Assembly (NCBI GenBank): GCA_022653695.1
Contig: JALCSW010000001.1
Span: 237,034 to 301,033, forward strand
Reading direction: 5' to 3'
Length of the DNA: 64,000 nucleotides
DNA from: Bacilli bacterium
GTDB taxonomy: Bacteria > Bacillota_I > Bacilli_A > RFN20 > CAG-826
Part shown: piece after piece, positions 20,082 to 29,574 of the stretch
Layout of the letters: each line of letters opens with the position of its first letter
Numbering within the stretch: the first letter of the stretch is position 1
Notes under the pieces: model-generated
Databases searched by the model: none
What the model saw: only the letters and a program-made list of their open reading frames with translations
What the model was told of the DNA's origin: nothing
Position numbers and translations under genes: made by a program

Positions 20082-20948
20082 TTAAGTGCCTGAAAAACAC
20101 TTCTTCAAAGGCTTTCTGGCGGCAATCTTTAGAATCGGCATCTCCCCTGTTGCTCTCGCCGCGTCAAACTTTTCATATTCCTTAGGAACTTTCAGTTTCG
20201 TTAATTTAACTGAGATCTGCCAAGACTCCGACAATAGAAGCATAGAAGAGAGCATAATAAAGAACCTAGCGTTCCACTTTTCGCCTATACTCATTTCGAA
20301 CCCGTAAGACTGACTTATACGTTACTTTTTTTCGTGCTCACCTTCGGAATAAAAGTTCTTGAAATGAGAGGTGACGCTCTGGAGCGATACCTGATAGTAT
20401 CCGGAAAAGGGGCTTTTGGCTTCGGCAGTGTCCCATGATCATATTCATCAAGCGCGCACAACGAACCCTCATAGGCTTTAATAAATAACAGACAGTATCT
20501 CTTCTGAATCCACGCCTGCCTTTTCAAAGACACAAGAAATAAAGGCGTTCTGAACCGAGATGGTGCGTTGTAGCGCGGCTAATCTTTTCTCATTAACGGC
20601 ATAACCTCGAACCATGTAATTCTTTAAAACGTTGGTAGCCCACTTTCGGAAAGCGACTCCGTTTGAAGAATGGACACGGTATCCAACTGAAATGATAACG
20701 TCCAAATTATAGTAAAGTGGTGGTCTTGATGCGTTTTTAAGGGTTCGGTCGAATTTTTCGACGGAAGTATCGAAATCTAATTCTTTTTCCTTGAAAACAT
20801 TAGAAACATGATAGGAAATGGTAGACCTAGATGATTGAAAAAGGGCAGCCATTTGATCAAGCGTCAGCCAAACGCTCTCATGATTTTCCGAAACAGCGAC
20901 ATCGAGGCTTAGCGATCCATTAACAAATCTAATGATTTCGTTTTTCAT
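20082..20948 (-). pseudogene. RhuM-family virulence-associated protein, frameshifted
   Basis: The N-terminal 156 aa carry RhuM-like WLTLDQMAALFQSSRSTISYHVSNVFKEKELD...YYNLDVIISVGYRVHSSNGVAFRKWATNVLKNYMVRGYAVNEKRL. The continuation (..ALDEYDHGTLPKP.., then 20082..20294) lies in other frames. Confidence 0.6.
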
Positions 20949-21282
20949 GATTCTAATATAACATCCCTAACATGAGTGGAAGAGCCGGTTTTCATTCATA
21001 GGCTCTGACCGCCTTCTCAAGTTCATTTTCTTTTGCTTTGGCTTCCTTAGCTTCGCCGCTTATTGAAAATATAGGGTTGAGACGAACCCAAAGTTTGAAT
21101 TTACGTTTACGACGTTGTGCCTGCCCGGCATGTCAGCACTAGCTTCTTGAAGAGTGTCATCCACAAGCAAATACGATTTAGTCTCACTGGCTTTTGGGTT
21201 ATTGGTCACCTCAGCAAAACGCTATCTAGCGATTGATGAGGTGGTCCCCTCCCCTAGTCGGGAACGGGAAATCTCCGCAAAA

Positions 21283-21837
21283 CTACTTGGCTTCCAGAAG
21301 GGCCTTGACGTCATGTTCGATGATATCGAAGGAGGCGGTCGGCTCATAACGCTTGACGACGTTCCCCTTTCTGTCGATCAGGAATTTGGTGAAGTTCCAT
21401 TTTATGGATGGATCGTTCTTCCAATCTTTGTTTTCCTTGGCGTTGATGTCCTCAAGAACCTTGGTCAGTTTGTGCGCGGGATCGAATCCGGCGAAGCCCT
21501 TTTGGCTCTCTAGAAACTTGTAAAGAGGAATGGCGTTATCCCCATTGACCTCGATTTTCTGGAACCGCGGGAACGTGGTGTGATACGTCAAGGAGCACAT
21601 ATCCGATATCTCCTCGACCGTCTCCGGCGCTTGGGCCCCGAATTGGTTGCAGGGAAAATCGAGGACCTCGAGCCCCTCTGCCCTATGCTTTTCGTAAAGC
21701 TCCTCGATGGTTTTGTAGGTGGGCGTGAATCCGCAGTGCGTAGCGGTGTTGACGATAAGCAAAACCTTCCCTGCATAATTGTTTAATTGGAAAGCATTGC
21801 CCTTCTGATCTTCGACCGTGAAATCGTAGACGTTCAT
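21283..21837 (-). CDS. Glutathione peroxidase-family (Cys-type) peroxidase, 184 aa
   Basis: Starts MNVYDF... and carries LIVNTATHCGFT, FPCNQFG and WNFTKFLIDRKG. The start was chosen by homology-like alignment. No clear SD. Confidence 0.85.
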   Translation of the reverse strand: MNVYDFTVEDQKGNAFQLNNYAGKVLLIVNTATHCGFTPTYKTIEELYEKHRAEGLEVLDFPCNQFGAQAPETVEEISDMCSLTYHTTFPRFQKIEVNGDNAIPLYKFLESQKGFAGFDPAHKLTKVLEDINAKENKDWKNDPSIKWNFTKFLIDRKGNVVKRYEPTASFDIIEHDVKALLEAK

Positions 21838-22072
21838 TTTGCTATTCTTCTTTCGTTTTTTGGATGGCTTCATGGTAGGCAAACGAAAAAACGGAAGCAA
21901 ACGATACGCTCAAGGAGACCCTAAAAGAAGAAAAAGATTAGGGCAAAGTGGCCCCCTTCTTGAACGGTTATTCGGTTTTCCTAGGAAACGAGGAATATCA
22001 AAAGTCTTGATTTCTCAGGAAGAAGGGACAAAATGATTTTAAATTGATAAAAAAATATCAAAAGGGGGCTTT

Positions 22073-22321
22073 ATGTCCGTTGCAGCGCTTGTTCTCGGTA
22101 TCTTGTCTTTGGTTTTGTCGATCGTCGCCTTCGACATTCTTTTAGGGTATTTGGCCATTCCGGCTTTGATCATGGGCATTGTCGGGATCGTTCTGGCCGC
22201 TATCTCCATGAGCAAAAACCATAAGGGGACGTCCGGTTTGGTCTTGTCGATCATTTCGACGGTGTTTTCCTTTATCCCCGCCATTATTTGGATCATCGCT
22301 ATCGTGTCGGTGGTCAGATAA
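22073..22321 (+). CDS. Small membrane protein (DUF4190-like), 82 aa
   Basis: Two or three hydrophobic helices (AALVLGILSLVLSIV..., GIVGIVLAAIS...). SD AAGGGGG upstream. Confidence 0.6.
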   Translation: MSVAALVLGILSLVLSIVAFDILLGYLAIPALIMGIVGIVLAAISMSKNHKGTSGLVLSIISTVFSFIPAIIWIIAIVSVVR

Positions 22322-22549
22322 GACAAAGAAATTTGATTCTATTTCCTTTGTCGGGATTGATAAACCATTTTCCAATCGTTTTCCAATAATCTCAATGACG
22401 ATTGGTGTTTGGATCGCCGTTGACGTGAAAAACGTTTCGTGAATCGCCGTCTTTGGCTTCTTCCCCATAAAGCGGAAACGAAGCTTGGATTCGAAGCCTT
22501 TTTGGGAGAATCGTCAAGAAGGGATCGCTTCGGCTATAATGGTTTTATT

Positions 22550-23683
22550 ATGAGAATTAGCCTCATCTGGAGAAAAAACAAACTCCGCCGCATCCCCTAT
22601 TTGGACCTTCTTAAGTTCATCGCGATGAGCCTCGTTTGCTTCATGCATGTCATTCAGCGATGGGGTCCAAAGGACTTTACGGCGACGATAGGCTTCGCGA
22701 TTCTCTACAGCCTTTCCCTTTCCGTTTTCTTTTTCGTCGGAGGCTTTTTCGTCAAGCGTCCGGAAAACCTGAAGGACTTGGGACTTTATTTGGCCAAGTT
22801 GATTCTCACCTATCTCGCCCCAGCTTACCTTTTCATCGTCATTTCCATTTTCACGCTCCCCCAGTATCAAAGCAAAGACTTCGGTTACTGGATGAACGTC
22901 CTCTATCGCGGAACGGATGCCTTCTATTGGTATTTCCTCGTGGCCGTTTTCATCAACGCGGCGATAGCCATCTCGTTTTACCTGTCGCGGCGCGTTTTTA
23001 AGAAAGCGATCCTTTCCCACGATATCCTTCGAAGCGTCATGGCGGCTTTGCTGCTTCTAGCCTATTCCTCGGTTTTCATCTATATCTATAACGCGCCCGA
23101 CCTTGGGCCCCGCGTCCTGGCCGCCGAACAGGTCCTCCTCTACTTGCCGATCGCTTTCGTCGGTTTCCTTTTCGCGACGTTCAAACGCTATTTCGCCAAA
23201 GGGGAGGCCTTCTCCTACTTCCGAGTCAGCCTGATTGGGGCGAGCCTCATCGTCTACGTCGTCTCGCTTTGCCTGTTCCCTGATTGGCTCTCGTCCTTAA
23301 GCGGGACTTTCTGGCAAATAACCTTACATATGCTGGGAGGCCTCGGCGGAGCCATCGCCCTTTATTTCCTGGCCATGTTCCTCTGCCGCTTCCACGTGAT
23401 AAGAAGGGTGGCGGCCCTTGGCGTCTATAGCGGGCCTTATTATTTGGTTCACGTTTATTTCATCCGCCTGATCAATTCTTTCGTGGAACGGCCCTCGGCC
23501 ATGGATCCCTCATCGGCGTTTTTCCTCGTCTCGTTTCTCCTTGTCTTTTATTTGGGGAGCCTCATGATGACGATTGGGCTGGTTGAGTTCCCTTTCACGG
23601 ATATCCTTCTTTTCGCCGACTATAGGCGAATCGTCGTGATCCCAAAGGATAGGCCCACGAAAAAAAGGGAAGGCCTCGCCTAA
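22550..23683 (+). CDS. Acyltransferase family 3 membrane protein, 377 aa
   Basis: Starts MRISLIWRKNKLRRIPYLDLLKFIAMSLVCFMHV (the typical acyl_transf_3 N-terminus) and is polytopic. TATAAT lies 9 nt upstream of the ATG, with no SD. Confidence 0.75.
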   Translation: MRISLIWRKNKLRRIPYLDLLKFIAMSLVCFMHVIQRWGPKDFTATIGFAILYSLSLSVFFFVGGFFVKRPENLKDLGLYLAKLILTYLAPAYLFIVISIFTLPQYQSKDFGYWMNVLYRGTDAFYWYFLVAVFINAAIAISFYLSRRVFKKAILSHDILRSVMAALLLLAYSSVFIYIYNAPDLGPRVLAAEQVLLYLPIAFVGFLFATFKRYFAKGEAFSYFRVSLIGASLIVYVVSLCLFPDWLSSLSGTFWQITLHMLGGLGGAIALYFLAMFLCRFHVIRRVAALGVYSGPYYLVHVYFIRLINSFVERPSAMDPSSAFFLVSFLLVFYLGSLMMTIGLVEFPFTDILLFADYRRIVVIPKDRPTKKREGLA

Positions 23684-23699
23684 AGCGAAAACGCGCCTT

Positions 23700-24425
23700 T
23701 TACTTTTTAAGGGCTCTTTTTATGTCTTCGTAAGGCAAACGCTGGAACGTCATGGTGTCGACGTAAGGGGAAACGGCGGCTATCTGTTCCGGCTTTTCGA
23801 TCGTCCAAACGTTGATGGGGTGGGCCTTCCAATATCGAACGACCCGAGGGTCCTTAACGAGGCAATCCTCAAGGTCGAGCGATTCGAAAAGATGCCTTAG
23901 TTTCAACGTCCACGCGTGTTCCTTGCAAACGAGAAGGCCCCTCACGAAACCATGGACGAAGAGAAGCGCCCTCGGGTCGAAGGATATGACCCAGACATTC
24001 CTTCGGTCCTTTATCTCGCGCCTGAGGACCTTCATGGCGGCTTTGGCGAGAGGCCTGTAATTGCCCTCGAAAACCTTGAGTTCGATGACCATGGGCTCTT
24101 TTTCTTCGTTAAGATCCAAAAGTTCCTGGAAGGTCGGGACCTCCTCGCCGTCAAGGAGCCGATACCCTTCCTTGATCTCTTTAAGGGTCAAACGCTCAAT
24201 GACGCCTTCCTTGCCCGTCGTCCGAATTAGGTTTTCATCATGGCAAACGACCAATTGGCCGTCCTTGCTCAAATGGATGTCGTACTCGAACGCGAGATTG
24301 TGGTCAATCGCGTTTTTGAAAGCCGACGGGCCGTTCTCGGTCAGTCTTTCGTTCCAGTAACCCCGATGGGCGATCCCCAAGAAAAACAGGGGGTTAAGGC
24401 GGCTCAAAATTCTCTTTTTGCTCAT
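23700..24425 (-). CDS. Glycerophosphodiester phosphodiesterase, 241 aa
   Basis: GDPD motifs IAHRGYW...ENGPSAF and EYDIHLSKDGQLVVCHDENL. An extended -10 (TGCTATAAT) lies 6 nt upstream of the ATG, with no SD. Confidence 0.85.
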   Translation of the reverse strand: MSKKRILSRLNPLFFLGIAHRGYWNERLTENGPSAFKNAIDHNLAFEYDIHLSKDGQLVVCHDENLIRTTGKEGVIERLTLKEIKEGYRLLDGEEVPTFQELLDLNEEKEPMVIELKVFEGNYRPLAKAAMKVLRREIKDRRNVWVISFDPRALLFVHGFVRGLLVCKEHAWTLKLRHLFESLDLEDCLVKDPRVVRYWKAHPINVWTIEKPEQIAAVSPYVDTMTFQRLPYEDIKRALKK

Positions 24426-24501
24426 AAATGAATTATAGCAACCCCAAAGGCAAAGGCCCTCTTCTTTTTGCTTACAGGCGGATAGCGGCGTCTTGCTTCC
24501 C

Positions 24502-25692
24502 TCAATCGGTCAGCATCCATTCGAGGGGAAAACCGTATTTGGAAACGGCCCCGCAATCAAGGCCCTCCTCAAGATGCCCATCCGGCCTCAAAATGGCTTT
24601 CCCGATCGTCTCGCTGGCAAGGCTTAGGATCTTATCGAGCGAAGGGGTCGACACGCTTAAGGCGTCGGCGATGCTTTTCATGACGCAAAGGCCATAGAAA
24701 ATATCGTCGGTGAAGAAGCGGCCGTTCTTGTCGAGCCGGTATTCGCCCCCCACTTCAATGACCGGGGTCTTGATATTCCCTAAAATCGAAGATTCGATGA
24801 AGGAGTCGTAAATGTTGCCGAACGTCTTGCGGTAAACGTACCGCTCAAGGTCCATGTAGTTCATCATGTAAGTGTAGTCAACCGAGGGATAGCGTTTTTT
24901 GATCGCCACCCTGATTCGGTCGAGGTCGTCATCGAGAATCTCCATTTTCTTGGAGGCCGAAACGGTAAAGTCACGATAGAAATACGGGATGCCGTCTTTG
25001 TTCTTCCATTTGCCGCCGCAAAGCTCGAACAAATCCCATAGGCGCGAAGGGTGGATCAATTGATTGTCGACCGACATCGTAAGCGAGATGAAGTTCGGCA
25101 CGCGACGAAAACGCCCTTTGCCGAAGAACGAAAAACAACAGTCGTCGAGAAATCCCTGAGAGAGGGCCTCATAGACGTAATCGTCGGAGAAGGCGGCCAA
25201 ATTCAATTCCTTTGTCCCATAACTTAAGCCAAGGCTTCCGTATTCCTTCGTGCGGCAAATGAAAGGAATGAGGCCAAAGGCGAAATAGGAGACGTGTGGC
25301 AAGAGGAAATCGCGTTTCATTTCCTCGACCATCCAGTTGAAGCCGGCTTGACCGTAGATGGTTCCGATAATGAGATTCCGTGAAGGGCTTATGGCCGCGC
25401 CGATCTTCGAGAGGGTCTCCCGATAGACATGAACCGGCAAGCACAGAATGACGAGATCGGCGCCTTCGAGGGTCTTCCCGTAATCGGAGGAGACGCTTTT
25501 GAGTTCGCCTTGGGCGCTCCTAACGAGACGCTCGGACGAATCGAGGTAGTCGACTCGAACTCGTTTCGACCATTTCTCGGGGTGGCGCGTCAGAAGGCTG
25601 ACTTCATACCCCCGCTCCGCCAAAAGCGGAATCAGAACATGAGCGCTGTTGCTCCCTCCGACGACGACGACTTTCCTGATTGCGTTGCTCAT
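24502..25692 (-). CDS. NAD(P)-dependent octopine/nopaline (opine) dehydrogenase-family oxidoreductase, 396 aa
   Basis: Starts MSNAIRKVVVVGGSNSAHVLIPLLAERGYEV (Rossmann fold) with GGAAGGAAAG upstream. The C-terminal RFFTDDIFYGLCVMKSIADALSVSTPSLDKIL resembles the opine-DH family signature. The ORF-track extension to 26115 overlaps nifJ and was rejected. Confidence 0.65.
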   Translation of the reverse strand: MSNAIRKVVVVGGSNSAHVLIPLLAERGYEVSLLTRHPEKWSKRVRVDYLDSSERLVRSAQGELKSVSSDYGKTLEGADLVILCLPVHVYRETLSKIGAAISPSRNLIIGTIYGQAGFNWMVEEMKRDFLLPHVSYFAFGLIPFICRTKEYGSLGLSYGTKELNLAAFSDDYVYEALSQGFLDDCCFSFFGKGRFRRVPNFISLTMSVDNQLIHPSRLWDLFELCGGKWKNKDGIPYFYRDFTVSASKKMEILDDDLDRIRVAIKKRYPSVDYTYMMNYMDLERYVYRKTFGNIYDSFIESSILGNIKTPVIEVGGEYRLDKNGRFFTDDIFYGLCVMKSIADALSVSTPSLDKILSLASETIGKAILRPDGHLEEGLDCGAVSKYGFPLEWMLTD

Positions 25693-25912
25693 TGCTACTT
25701 TCCTTCCCACCGCCATAAAACGGCTTAGTCCAAGGCCAAGCCGGCGAAGAAGAACCATCCACGGACAAAAACGCGGGATGCCGCCTTTAGGAGCGTCGCG
25801 CAAAGAAGAAAACGAAACGCACTCCCGCCAACGCAAAAAGACGACAACAAGCCAATACGCCGACTGACGTTTGCGACTTGAATATATTATAAGGCATTTG
25901 GGCTTGTTTTTC

Positions 25913-25940
25913 AAAAACGGCCGGGAACGAATCCCGGCCG
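25913..25940 (-). terminator. Rho-independent terminator after nifJ
   Basis: The minus-strand RNA reads CGGCCGGGA-UUCGU-UCCCGGCCG followed by UUUUU. Confidence 0.75.
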
Positions 25941-25952
25941 CCGCAAGAAGAA

Positions 25953-28900
25953 TCAAAGGCCGAACTTTTTGATCGCGGCCCAGCGATCCTCGGCGTAATG
26001 CTGGCACTTGGCAAGCAATTCGTCGGCATGCTCGGGGTTGACGATCGGAAGTTGGCTGAAGCGCGTTTCGTGCATCACGAAGTCGCGGATGCCGTCGAAT
26101 TTCGGCTCGGGGCAATCAAGCTGGAGACCCGGCTTGCCTTCCTCGACGCGACGCGGATCGTAACGGAACGTGGTGAAGTATCCGCATGAGACCGCGTCCT
26201 TCTCCTCTTTGACGGAGTTGGTGAGCCCGCCTTTGACGCCTTGGTTGGCGCAGGGGCAGTAGCAGATGACAAGCGAGGGCCCGTTGTAACTCTCGGCTTC
26301 CTTGAGGGCCTGAATGGCCTTCATCGGGTTGGCGCCGAGCGAGATTTGAGCGACATAGACGTGGCCATAGGCCATCGCCATGAGGGCAAGGTTCTTCTTG
26401 GCTTCCTTCTTGCCGCTGGCGGTGAACTTGTTGATGGAACCGGTTTGCGAGCTCTTGGAGGCCTGGCCGCCGGTGTTGCTGTACATTTCGGTGTCGAGGA
26501 CAAGGACGTTGACGTCGGCCTCGTTGGCGAGCACGTGATCGAGTCCGCCGTAGCCGATGTCGTAACTCCAGCCGTCGCCGCCGATGATCCATACCGACTT
26601 GTCAAGAAGGTCGCGCTCGTAGAGTTTGAGTTCCTTGACGGCTTCGTTCTTGGACGCTTTGACCGCTTCGATGAGATCCGGGATGATCTTCCGTTCCTCC
26701 TCGCGGTTCTTGATGTTGGCAAGATACTTCTCGATAAGGGCTTTGAGCTCCGGCTCGACGTCCTCAGCCTCCTTCGCGGAGTTAAGAATGCGGATGATCT
26801 GCATCATCTTGTAATCGTTCGCGATGCGCATGCCGAAGCCATACTCGGCGTTGTCCTCGAAGAGGGAATTGGCCCAAGCGGGGCCTTCTTTGTCCTTATT
26901 CGTGGTGAACGGGGTAAGAGGCGTGCTGCCGCAATAGATGGACGAGCAACCCGTGGCGTTGGCAACGAGCATGTCTTTGCCGAACAGTTGCGTGACAAGA
27001 CGGTAATACGGAGCCTCTCCGCATCCGGCACAGGCGCCGCTGACTTCCATGTACGGCATCAGGAATCCAACGCCCTTGACGGTATTGAGCATAGGCGCGT
27101 AAACATCGCTCTTGTAAGTGACGTGCTTATAAAGGTAGTCGGCGCCTTCCTGCTGGGCGAACTGGCTCTTGGCCTCGACCATCTTGAGGGCGAGGTTCTG
27201 CGACTTCGGGTCTTTGGCGCGGGCGGCCTTGTTGGCAAGGCACTCGCTGACGCAAAGCCCACAGCCGACGCAGTTCATGGAAGAAACCTGAATGCGGAAC
27301 TTGAGCCCTTTGGTCGCGGGAAGCGCCGGGACGGGGTCCTTAAGGCCTTCCTTGACGATGGCGGGAGCCGCCGCAAGTTCCTTCTCGTTGATCAAGAAAG
27401 GACGGATGGTGGCATGCGGGCAAACGAAGGAGCAGGTGTTGCACTCAATGCAGAACTTCGGGTTCCATTCCGGAACCATGTCGGCGATCGCGCGGTGCTG
27501 ACGGAAGGTAATGTTGGGTTCCATCGTGCCGTCGACCAACTCGTATTTTTTGAATTCGCTGGTCGGCAATTCGTCGCCGTCGAGTTTGTCGATGGTATCG
27601 ACGTACTCGTCGAAATAAGTGTCTTCGCTGTCGGCTTTCGAAACGACTTTGTTGACCGACAGTTCGATCCATTTGGGATCCACCGGGACCTCGCGGAGGC
27701 CTTCGGCTCCCGCGTCGATGGCTTTCCAGTTCAGTTCGACGACGGCTTGGCCTTTCTTGGCGTAGCTCTTCTCAGCGAACTTCTTCATCCATTCCTGGGC
27801 TTTGTCATATGGCATGATTTGCGGATTCAGTTTGAAGAAAGAGGCCTGAAGGGTCGTGTTGGTATGGCGTCCCATGCCGATTTCGTGAGCCAATTTGTTG
27901 GCGTCGATGACGTAGAATTTGGCTTCCTTCTCGGCTAAGAGGTGTTTCATGCGGTTCGGCATGACCTTATAGAGGGTTTCGTTATCCATGTCCGTGTTGA
28001 GAAGGAAAGTCCCGCCCTTCTTAAGGTTGGAGATGATGTCGAAGCGCATGATGTAAGTGTCGAGCGAGCAGGAGATGAAATCCGCGTTCTTGACGTAGTA
28101 TTCCGAATGGATCGGATCCTTGCCGAAGCGGAGGTGGCTGCGGGTGACGCCGCCGGCCTTGCGCGAATCGTATTGGAAATAGGCCTGCGCGTACTGGTGG
28201 GTCGCGTCGCCGATGATCTTGATGGAGCTCTTGTTGGCGCTGACGGTGCCGTCGCTGCCTAAGCCATAGAAGAGGCAACTCGTGTAATTGTGCGCGATTT
28301 TGAAGCTCTTATCGAGCGGAACTGATAGATGCGTGACATCGTCTTCGATGCCGACGGTGAAACTGGTCCAATTCTTCTTCGCGTCAAGGAAGTCGTAAAC
28401 GCTCTTGATGCAATAGGGTTGGGTGTCTTTGCTCGAAAGGCCGTAACGGCCGCCGACAATGGTCTCGAACTCACGGCCTTCCTTGTGCATGGCCGCTACG
28501 ACGTCAAGGTAAAGCGGCTCGCCTTCGCTACCGGGTTCCTTGGTGCGATCGAGAACCGCGATCTTCTTGACCGAAGACGGGATGGCCGCGGAAAGAAGCT
28601 TGGAGCTGAACGGACGATAAAGATGGACTTTGACGAGGCCGACGTGCTGGCCTTGCTTGTTCAGTTCGGCGACGACTTCGCCCGCCGTTTCGCAAACGCT
28701 GCCCATCGCGATGACGACGCGGTCGGCTTTGGGGTCGCCTTCATAGACGAACGGGGCATAGGTGCGCCCAGTGAGGCGCGAAGCCTCTTTGAAATACTTC
28801 TCGGCGACTTCGACGACGTGGGCGACGGCTTCGTTTTGAGCCTCACGGCCCTGGAAATATATGTCGTCGTTTTCGGCCCCGCCGCGAGTGACCGCGTGGG

Positions 28901-29546
28901 TATGCGGATTAAGGGCACGGGCTCTAAACTGCTCGACTTTGTCCATCGGGAGGAGTTTTTTCCACTCCGCGGGATCGACGAATTCGACGTTCTGGACCTC
29001 GTGGGAAGTGCGGAAGCCATCGAAGAAATGCATGACGGGAAGAGACGAGTCGATTGCGACGAGATGGGCGATCGGGGCCAAATCGGCGATTTCCTGAACG
29101 CTGTTGGAGGCGATCATCGTAATACCGGTCTGACGGCAGGCGTAGACGTCGGCCTGATCTCCGAAGATGGAAAGGGCGCGGGTGGCGAGGCTGCGGGCGG
29201 CCACGTGCATGACGGCGGGCAAAAGCTCACCGCACCACTTATAGATATTCGGAATCATGAGGAGCAGGCCTTGCGAAGCCGTATAGGTCGTCGCCAAACC
29301 GCCTCCTTGGAGAACGCCGTGGACGGCGCCGGAAGCGCCGGCTTCCGACTGCATCTCCACCACTTTCACGGTGGAGCCGAAGAAATTCTTTTGGCCCTTC
29401 GAAGCCATAACGTCAACGCTTTCCGCCATCGGTGAGGACGGGGTGATCGGATAGATGGCCGCCACTTCGGTGAAGTAGTAGCTTTCCATGGCAGCCGCGG
29501 TGTTGCCATCGACGGACTTCATGGTTTTCTTGATTTCATCAGCCAT
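25953..29546 (-). CDS. nifJ: Pyruvate:ferredoxin (flavodoxin) oxidoreductase, 1197 aa
   Basis: Full-length single-chain PFOR. It has two ferredoxin-type clusters (CIECNTCSFVCPH, CVGCGLCVSEC), a TPP-binding GGDGWSYDIGYGG motif, and the family-typical length. Confidence 0.95.
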   Translation of the reverse strand: MADEIKKTMKSVDGNTAAAMESYYFTEVAAIYPITPSSPMAESVDVMASKGQKNFFGSTVKVVEMQSEAGASGAVHGVLQGGGLATTYTASQGLLLMIPNIYKWCGELLPAVMHVAARSLATRALSIFGDQADVYACRQTGITMIASNSVQEIADLAPIAHLVAIDSSLPVMHFFDGFRTSHEVQNVEFVDPAEWKKLLPMDKVEQFRARALNPHTHAVTRGGAENDDIYFQGREAQNEAVAHVVEVAEKYFKEASRLTGRTYAPFVYEGDPKADRVVIAMGSVCETAGEVVAELNKQGQHVGLVKVHLYRPFSSKLLSAAIPSSVKKIAVLDRTKEPGSEGEPLYLDVVAAMHKEGREFETIVGGRYGLSSKDTQPYCIKSVYDFLDAKKNWTSFTVGIEDDVTHLSVPLDKSFKIAHNYTSCLFYGLGSDGTVSANKSSIKIIGDATHQYAQAYFQYDSRKAGGVTRSHLRFGKDPIHSEYYVKNADFISCSLDTYIMRFDIISNLKKGGTFLLNTDMDNETLYKVMPNRMKHLLAEKEAKFYVIDANKLAHEIGMGRHTNTTLQASFFKLNPQIMPYDKAQEWMKKFAEKSYAKKGQAVVELNWKAIDAGAEGLREVPVDPKWIELSVNKVVSKADSEDTYFDEYVDTIDKLDGDELPTSEFKKYELVDGTMEPNITFRQHRAIADMVPEWNPKFCIECNTCSFVCPHATIRPFLINEKELAAAPAIVKEGLKDPVPALPATKGLKFRIQVSSMNCVGCGLCVSECLANKAARAKDPKSQNLALKMVEAKSQFAQQEGADYLYKHVTYKSDVYAPMLNTVKGVGFLMPYMEVSGACAGCGEAPYYRLVTQLFGKDMLVANATGCSSIYCGSTPLTPFTTNKDKEGPAWANSLFEDNAEYGFGMRIANDYKMMQIIRILNSAKEAEDVEPELKALIEKYLANIKNREEERKIIPDLIEAVKASKNEAVKELKLYERDLLDKSVWIIGGDGWSYDIGYGGLDHVLANEADVNVLVLDTEMYSNTGGQASKSSQTGSINKFTASGKKEAKKNLALMAMAYGHVYVAQISLGANPMKAIQALKEAESYNGPSLVICYCPCANQGVKGGLTNSVKEEKDAVSCGYFTTFRYDPRRVEEGKPGLQLDCPEPKFDGIRDFVMHETRFSQLPIVNPEHADELLAKCQHYAEDRWAAIKKFGL

Positions 29547-29574
29547 TCTAAAATATGTCTCCTTTGACGTGTTA

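Larger units (their letters stand above)
17442..21282. mobile_element. AT-rich relic genomic island adjacent to tRNA-Pro (no integrase; cargo mostly pseudogenised)
   Basis: Composition drops sharply. Sampled 60-nt lines are about 27-35% GC, against about 60% in flanking core genes. The island starts exactly at the tRNA 3' end and contains toxin-antitoxin-type and accessory-type gene remnants. Confidence 0.55.

Noticed and set aside
21240-21275. Sequence TAGTCGGGAACGGGAAATCT, resembling the tRNA-Pro 3' end (reverse complement of ...AAATCCCACCGTTCCGAC...), as a possible attR of the island
   Set aside because: The match is short and gapped, and it is in inverted rather than direct orientation. 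That is not what site-specific integration into a tRNA would leave, so it is probably chance or part of the gpx 3' structure.
20950-21280. Remnant reading frames (e.g. ...AQRRKRKFKLWVRLNPIFSISGEAKEAKAKENELEKAVRAYE) between the RhuM-like pseudogene and gpx
   Set aside because: The frames are broken by stops or shifts, have no start, and show no family I can recognise. I left them unannotated as part of the relic island.
24502-26115. Long N-terminal extensions in the ORF track (537 aa here; also 38634..40424, 8143..9357, 11365..12435, 36113..37330, 3455..4012, 22439..23683)
   Set aside because: The extensions overlap upstream genes or terminators and look non-protein-like (Arg/Pro-rich). Internal Met codons with an SD, a signal peptide or a homology-type N-terminus give the expected protein lengths.
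26241-29435. Plus-strand ORFs of 565 aa and 368 aa opposite the PFOR gene
   Set aside because: They are antisense to a full-length nifJ with clear cofactor motifs and have no independent coding signal.
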